NCBI GenBank assembly: GCA_052426225.1
Contig: JBNJNM010000021.1
Location: 2,666,001 to 2,730,000, forward strand
Source: Zancudomyces culisetae HAW-14-8
Lineage: Eukaryota > Fungi > Kickxellomycota
Direction: 5' to 3'
Length of the DNA stretch: 64,000 nucleotides
A model generated the notes under the pieces. It made no database searches. It was not told the DNA's origin and saw nothing but the letters and a program-made list of their open reading frames with translations. Shown here one piece after another: positions 59,163 through 64,000 of this stretch (positions within the stretch are counted from its first letter, which is position 1; every line of letters begins with the position of its first letter). The position numbers and the translations under genes were made by a program.

Positions 59163-59558
59163 TTAGCATTTACATCCAGATTCACAGTGGCATTGTTCGC
59201 CTTTACCCTCCTTGCATTCACAGGTTGCTTGTTCACACTTACATGGTCCTCCACATGTACAACCTTTACCATCTCTGCACTGACATATACTTTTTCCTTC
59301 GCACTTGCACTCATTCTCCCTGCAGATACACTTTTTACCTACTGAACACCTACAACAGGTACTGGCTTTCTTATTTTCAGCACAGTTGCACTTTTCAGAT
59401 TCACAACAGCATTTTCCTTCAGAGGTGGCTGAACAACCTTGTCCCTTCTTGCAGCAGCATTCACAATTTCCAGCCTCACATGAACACCGACCTCCGGGCG
59501 TATCTCTGCACTCTCCAATATCTTTGTTGTAGCAGGCCTTCTTGTCGCATGAACTCAT
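59163..59558 (-). CDS. Long metallothionein-like protein, 131 aa with 34 Cys
   Basis: MSSCDKKAC...; repeated CxC, two CCC and one CC cluster, rich in K/E/G and almost free of hydrophobic or aromatic residues; no signal peptide. Confidence 0.85.
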   Translation of the reverse strand: MSSCDKKACYNKDIGECRDTPGGRCSCEAGNCECCCKKGQGCSATSEGKCCCESEKCNCAENKKASTCCRCSVGKKCICRENECKCEGKSICQCRDGKGCTCGGPCKCEQATCECKEGKGEQCHCESGCKC

Positions 59559-60647
59559 CTTTGATTTATTTATTCTGGTTTGTATTGGTTTATTAGTCAA
59601 CCTTATTGGTATTATTGCTTTCTTTTTGTATTTAGTATGGAATACTATGTGGTTTTATGATTGATATTTTCTTGTCTTTTTTGAGAAAAGTCGTGGACTA
59701 TTTATACTTTTTTCTTGAGTTCTGGTTTTCTTTGTACATACTCAAGGCTTGGATTGTATTTTTATAAAAACAGGAACTTATACACTTGAAAAGTGCATTA
59801 CACATCCGAGTTACTTTTGCCTATACTCAAGAGTATATGATTATAAATCATTTAGATACACTTCTCTTTTTTTGTTATATTCGTTAAAATTGCATTTACA
59901 AAACCCATCCCATTACCCAATAGCAAAAATGGATCCACTAATTTTTTAATTGATTTGTTTTTAGCTTCTTTATGATTCTGTCACGAGATTTCCCACTGCC
60001 ATTTCTCCTCTCTCTATCTCTTATTTTCTAGTTGCGCTGATTCTGCTATTCGCTACTTTTTAGAAAACATCACAGCACTTTATTCTCCATTTCATTTTTT
60101 TTACTTGTTACAAGTTTTATAAAATAACTCTGCTTTTTTCCACATATACAACCACACTAAACCTAGGCATTAATATCTCATTCAACTATCATTATTTTCT
60201 CGATGCTTTAATAATAAATTGCGAATAAAACTACGTTTAAAAATTCATCACAGCACCTATCTGACCAACTCTCCTTCGTTTGTCATCCACGATGAACTCG
60301 ATACCCACTGGGTGTTGGTTCAGGGAAAAGGTATTTTATTTAAGCGAGGAAATTGGTGGATTAGACGGCATAGGCAGTATTTAGCTGTTTAATCCAGACA
60401 TACAGCTACCTGGTACCTTCTTAATTCATAAATATTATGTCCCACCTTGCTCGCTATTTAGCATAACAATTCTTACAAACAATTCCCTACTCTTTTAACA
60501 ACTTATTTCAATAGGCGAGACACAAAGTAAATTATTAGTGAGTGAAAATCGATTCATTTTTTTTTTGGTATTAACAAATATATTAAGATATGCCACCTGT
60601 AAACTAATTATACATTAACACATAGATCAAGAAAGTCATAAACAGAT

Positions 60648-61712
60648 CTAAAATAGTAAAACCAATACCGATGAAAAGAGTATCACTAATTTAAATCCAA
60701 TGTTTTGCAAAATAGTCGAGGTAGAATCCGAGCCACTAAAACGTCCATTGGTTAGTATACCAGTAATTGTTGAGTAATTAGGCGAGGGTCGAGCAGCAGT
60801 ATTCAATAGGTACGGTTTTTCAAGTCCTGTGACATTTACAATCCAGTCAATGTAGCTGTATACGTGGGTATAATAGTTCGTAACAGCATTTTCTGGACGA
60901 ATATCAGCACCACTCTCAGATCTACCTATGTTACTCGCAACACCAACAAGTAAATTAGCTCCATTATCCATGTACGCCAAGGGGTTTCCACCATCATCAT
61001 ACGCCAAACTTTTACCATCCTTTACTAATGTACAAACTAGATTTTTGTTGTTGTCCGACCAAATATTATTGATGTCTTTACAAACATCCGAAGAAGAGGG
61101 TGATTGTATAGCTGTGCTTAGTTCATTATTTGCTAAACCTGGTGGCCCAGCTGAAGTGAAGCCCTAACCTGCTGTGACCAAATTCATATCATCCGTTACA
61201 TTTCCACTGTATATCGCTACTGGTGCGAAAATATCTTTTAATACTGGAGAATATAATTCGATAACTGCTATATCATTTTCCAATGACTCGGGAGAAAACT
61301 CGGAATGAATATGTACTTTACGTGTTGGATAATCAATACCGCGAATGTATTTTGTTGTTCCAATACCAATGAAAATATATGTTGGCTTAGGATCTTGCAC
61401 TAATTTGCCTTCCTTGTCTATATAACAGCTAGCTGCAGTTACTGCTATTTGGTTAGATATTAGTGAAGCACTACATACTATGTAACCACCTTCCACGTAC
61501 ACTTTCATTCTTCCAATATATGGAAAATCTTCTCTCTTTGCTGGTTCCCCATTTAGGATTCTCGCATTGTTACTTAGTTCACCATCTCCGCTCTGTGACA
61601 TGTCAATATTGGTGTCTATATTATCAACTGAGGAAGCTTGTACAGCTGCAATACCTCCAAGTGAAAGTGCTGTAACGATATGTTTACAAATTGATTTGTT
61701 GTTTAATTTCAT
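60648..61712 (-). pseudogene. Trypsin-fold serine protease homolog (non-catalytic) interrupted by a single in-frame TAG
   Basis: Signal peptide, NAR|ILNG, VTAASC (His lost), NDIA, VTAG*GF (TAG at 61164-61166 where S1 proteases usually have Trp), AYDDGGNP (Ser lost), YTHVYSYIDWI and a hydrophobic GPI-like tail. The two ORF-track pieces are in the same frame. Confidence 0.85.
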
Positions 61713-62672
61713 TGTTATTGTTATTATTATATATTAGCCTTGTATTTGTCGATTGTTAAAAGGAGTTAAGAATAAGTGTAATTATGTATTTTAATGATGA
61801 AGCTGCTCTGTTTATATAGTATTTCCTATATACCCATGAATCAATTCCACCTATACTTCACTGCTGATTAAAAATGGAAAAGAATAAAATTTGATGAAAC
61901 CATAAACACTGTTGAATATTGTATTTACCATCTTTGTTCCATTTATCAGAAATATTGGAATGTATTTTTCTTTGTATTTTCAAGCAATCAAATCTCAATT
62001 CCAAGAAATATTTGGTGTAGATTGTAGAATATCCATCTTTGTAGATTATTTGCGAGTAATTTACGTAGATTATACTGAATATTTGTTGGCAAAATAAACA
62101 ACCTGACCAAAATTAGATGCCAAGTGAAGGGAAAATACATCTTGAGAATCACCAAAACCGAAACCCATGTAATATTCATTTCTTAGAGCAAATAAAAAAT
62201 AACCAAAAAAGAATAGATCTGCTGAATAGTGCACTGGCAACCTTAAGGTCTCTCTTGATTGGAATTGTATAAGATGAGATGTTTTTTTTATGGTTTGGTT
62301 TTATCTGCCAAGAGCACATCTCAGTCAGGTGGTATGATATGTGCCACACACTCCAGCGTAAGCATGATAGTCAATTAATACAACACATTTGGTCGATGTT
62401 GAAAAGAATGGCAATTGTTGTGATGTTTATGATGGTCCGATTTTGGTACATGTAGTACTTTATTCTGTATTTACAAGGTTAATCTATATTTTTTGCTAGA
62501 TGGATTTATCAAATTAATACCACATAAAACTACAAAAAAAGAATACTGTGTAATATCTACCTAACCAATTCCTTTCTGTCTTTGCTATGAAATCCATACC
62601 CACTGAACGTTGGTTCAAGACTACACACAATCAGAAAATAAGCTGATAAAATAACTAGTAGTGTTTATATAG

Positions 62673-64000
62673 CTATGATAGTTTCATTTTTTTTAATTCC
62701 TTCATCTCTTTCTGACAGTATTCAGCCAAGTTTCGGTCATTTAGTTCATTCGCAACCTCAATTACTGATTTCCTGTGAGTACTAGCATCAGCACCATACT
62801 TAATCAACAGCTTGATCATCTTCGCATTTTTGTGGTCAATGGCCTCCTTCAGTCCATAATTCTTTTTTAATACCAGATTAGGGTCTCTTTCCAATAGGAG
62901 TTTCAGTATTTCTAGATTATTTTTTTTGCAAGCCTCGATTATCCCACTACTTTGTCCCTTTTGTATTCGTGCACCCTTTTCAAATAACAACTTTAGAATA
63001 TTCGGGTTATTGGTAATACATGCATCTAGAATGAAATTGAAAAAACTATTTGCAAGTGTACTGATATACCCCAAAAGAAGCTTAACCGTCTTAATCTTGT
63101 TTTTTTGAATAGCATTTTGAAGTAAAAATGAATAGCTCACAAAATCAGGACGTCTTTTAAATAATAACTGTAGTGTTTCAACATCATCCAGACCAGATTT
63201 TTCTGCAAGACCATATGAAAGTGCATTCATTTGTGCTCCATGTTCCAAAAGTAATTTAATAAGTTGAGTGTTTTTTACTTGGAGTGCTACATTTATAATG
63301 TTAGAGTCATCCTTAGTGCTTAAACCATTCTCCAAAAGCGCCTTTACCACATCAATATTTTCCAATTGCACAGCATATTTCAGTATTTTAGATGCAATGT
63401 TGGAATCAAACTTGTAAGAGAGCAGCAGTTTCAATATTTCAATATTGGTTACAATAGCTGCTGCTATTACTCCATCAAACAGATCGCTATTCTGGATAGG
63501 CTCACCCTTTTCAAGCAATATTTTAGTAATCCTGTATTCTTCGATACCATCAGTGTTTTTGTGACTCAAAAATGAACTATTTTTTAATTCATTTCCCTCA
63601 TTCGACTCTGTGTTTTCCCTTTTTTCCAATACTCCCAAACCATCATAATGCTCAAGAATGATCTTTACCAACCGAACGTCCTCAATTATACACGCACGCG
63701 CTAGTTCGTATTTACAGACATTCCCTAGAGTACTGTTCTTATCTAAAAGATATTCTAATGTTCTTCTGAGACCCAATCTACATGCAATCCTTACTCCATT
63801 CCGTCCTGGGTCACTCAAATCAACTCCATTTTCTACCAGCAGTTTAACCATATCAAAATTACCCAATAGACAGGCCATATTGATACAAGGATATTCTGGA
63901 TTCTTGGGTACCACACCTCCATTCTTTATCCAGTGTTGTAACACCTCGATGCTATTTGATTTACAGGCCTCGTCAAACCCATCCGACCCTCCTTTTAGTT
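62673..64000 (-). CDS. Ankyrin-repeat protein (5' part outside the window), paralog of the 54-57 kb pseudogene
   Basis: Open frame to the window edge (LKGGSDGFDEACKSNSIEVLQHWIKNGG...), with many ankyrin repeats and near-identical peptide blocks to 54.9-55.25 kb. Confidence 0.9.
   Translation of the reverse strand, partial: LKGGSDGFDEACKSNSIEVLQHWIKNGGVVPKNPEYPCINMACLLGNFDMVKLLVENGVDLSDPGRNGVRIACRLGLRRTLEYLLDKNSTLGNVCKYELARACIIEDVRLVKIILEHYDGLGVLEKRENTESNEGNELKNSSFLSHKNTDGIEEYRITKILLEKGEPIQNSDLFDGVIAAAIVTNIEILKLLLSYKFDSNIASKILKYAVQLENIDVVKALLENGLSTKDDSNIINVALQVKNTQLIKLLLEHGAQMNALSYGLAEKSGLDDVETLQLLFKRRPDFVSYSFLLQNAIQKNKIKTVKLLLGYISTLANSFFNFILDACITNNPNILKLLFEKGARIQKGQSSGIIEACKKNNLEILKLLLERDPNLVLKKNYGLKEAIDHKNAKMIKLLIKYGADASTHRKSVIEVANELNDRNLAEYCQKEMKELKKMKLS

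Noticed and set aside
54783-61166. RIP-like CpA>TpA mutation or stop-codon reassignment as the cause of in-frame stops
   Set aside because: Most C>T nonsense changes are necessarily in CpA context. TAA, TAG and TGA all terminate conserved genes in this window, and the ankyrin copy also has frameshifts.
1-64000. Selenoprotein (in-frame TGA plus SECIS), CRISPR array, rRNA or transposase/RT genes
   Set aside because: I saw no in-frame TGA at a redox Cys position, no repeat-spacer array and no recognisable rRNA or mobile-element coding sequence. Small ncRNAs or MITEs cannot be excluded without Infernal or repeat searches.

Overview
AT-rich eukaryotic (fungal) genomic DNA with short spliceosomal introns, long low-complexity intergenic tracts and the standard genetic code. 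The gene content and style suggest an early-diverging fungus, possibly an insect-gut Harpellales such as Zancudomyces/Smittium; this is inference only. The first ~47 kb is mostly core genes: Puf4-type Pumilio, mitochondrial bL9, trypsin, a DEDH Argonaute, ATG8, NAA30/Mak3, a 6-exon SFT2 gene missed by the ORF track, a CTL/SLC44-type transporter, UTP13, tRNA-Asn(GTT), a TM-RING-H2 ligase, a universal stress protein, IQGAP, mitochondrial RRF, an AF4/AFF-like protein and an unusual His/Cys/Pro-rich small heat-shock protein. The last ~14 kb looks like an accessory compartment: a second TM-RING-H2 paralog, a candidate microprotein, an F-box-like/ankyrin pseudogene and its ankyrin-repeat paralog, a 34-Cys metallothionein and a catalytically dead trypsin homolog with one TGG>TAG stop. 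The most notable signals are a metal-binding sHSP architecture, the F-box-like/ankyrin family, PY-motif TM-RING ligases, two GC-AG introns with an identical donor, an A9-run frameshift in NAA30, and a G-rich to C-rich synonymous-site gradient along long genes. No single new system is proven from sequence alone.
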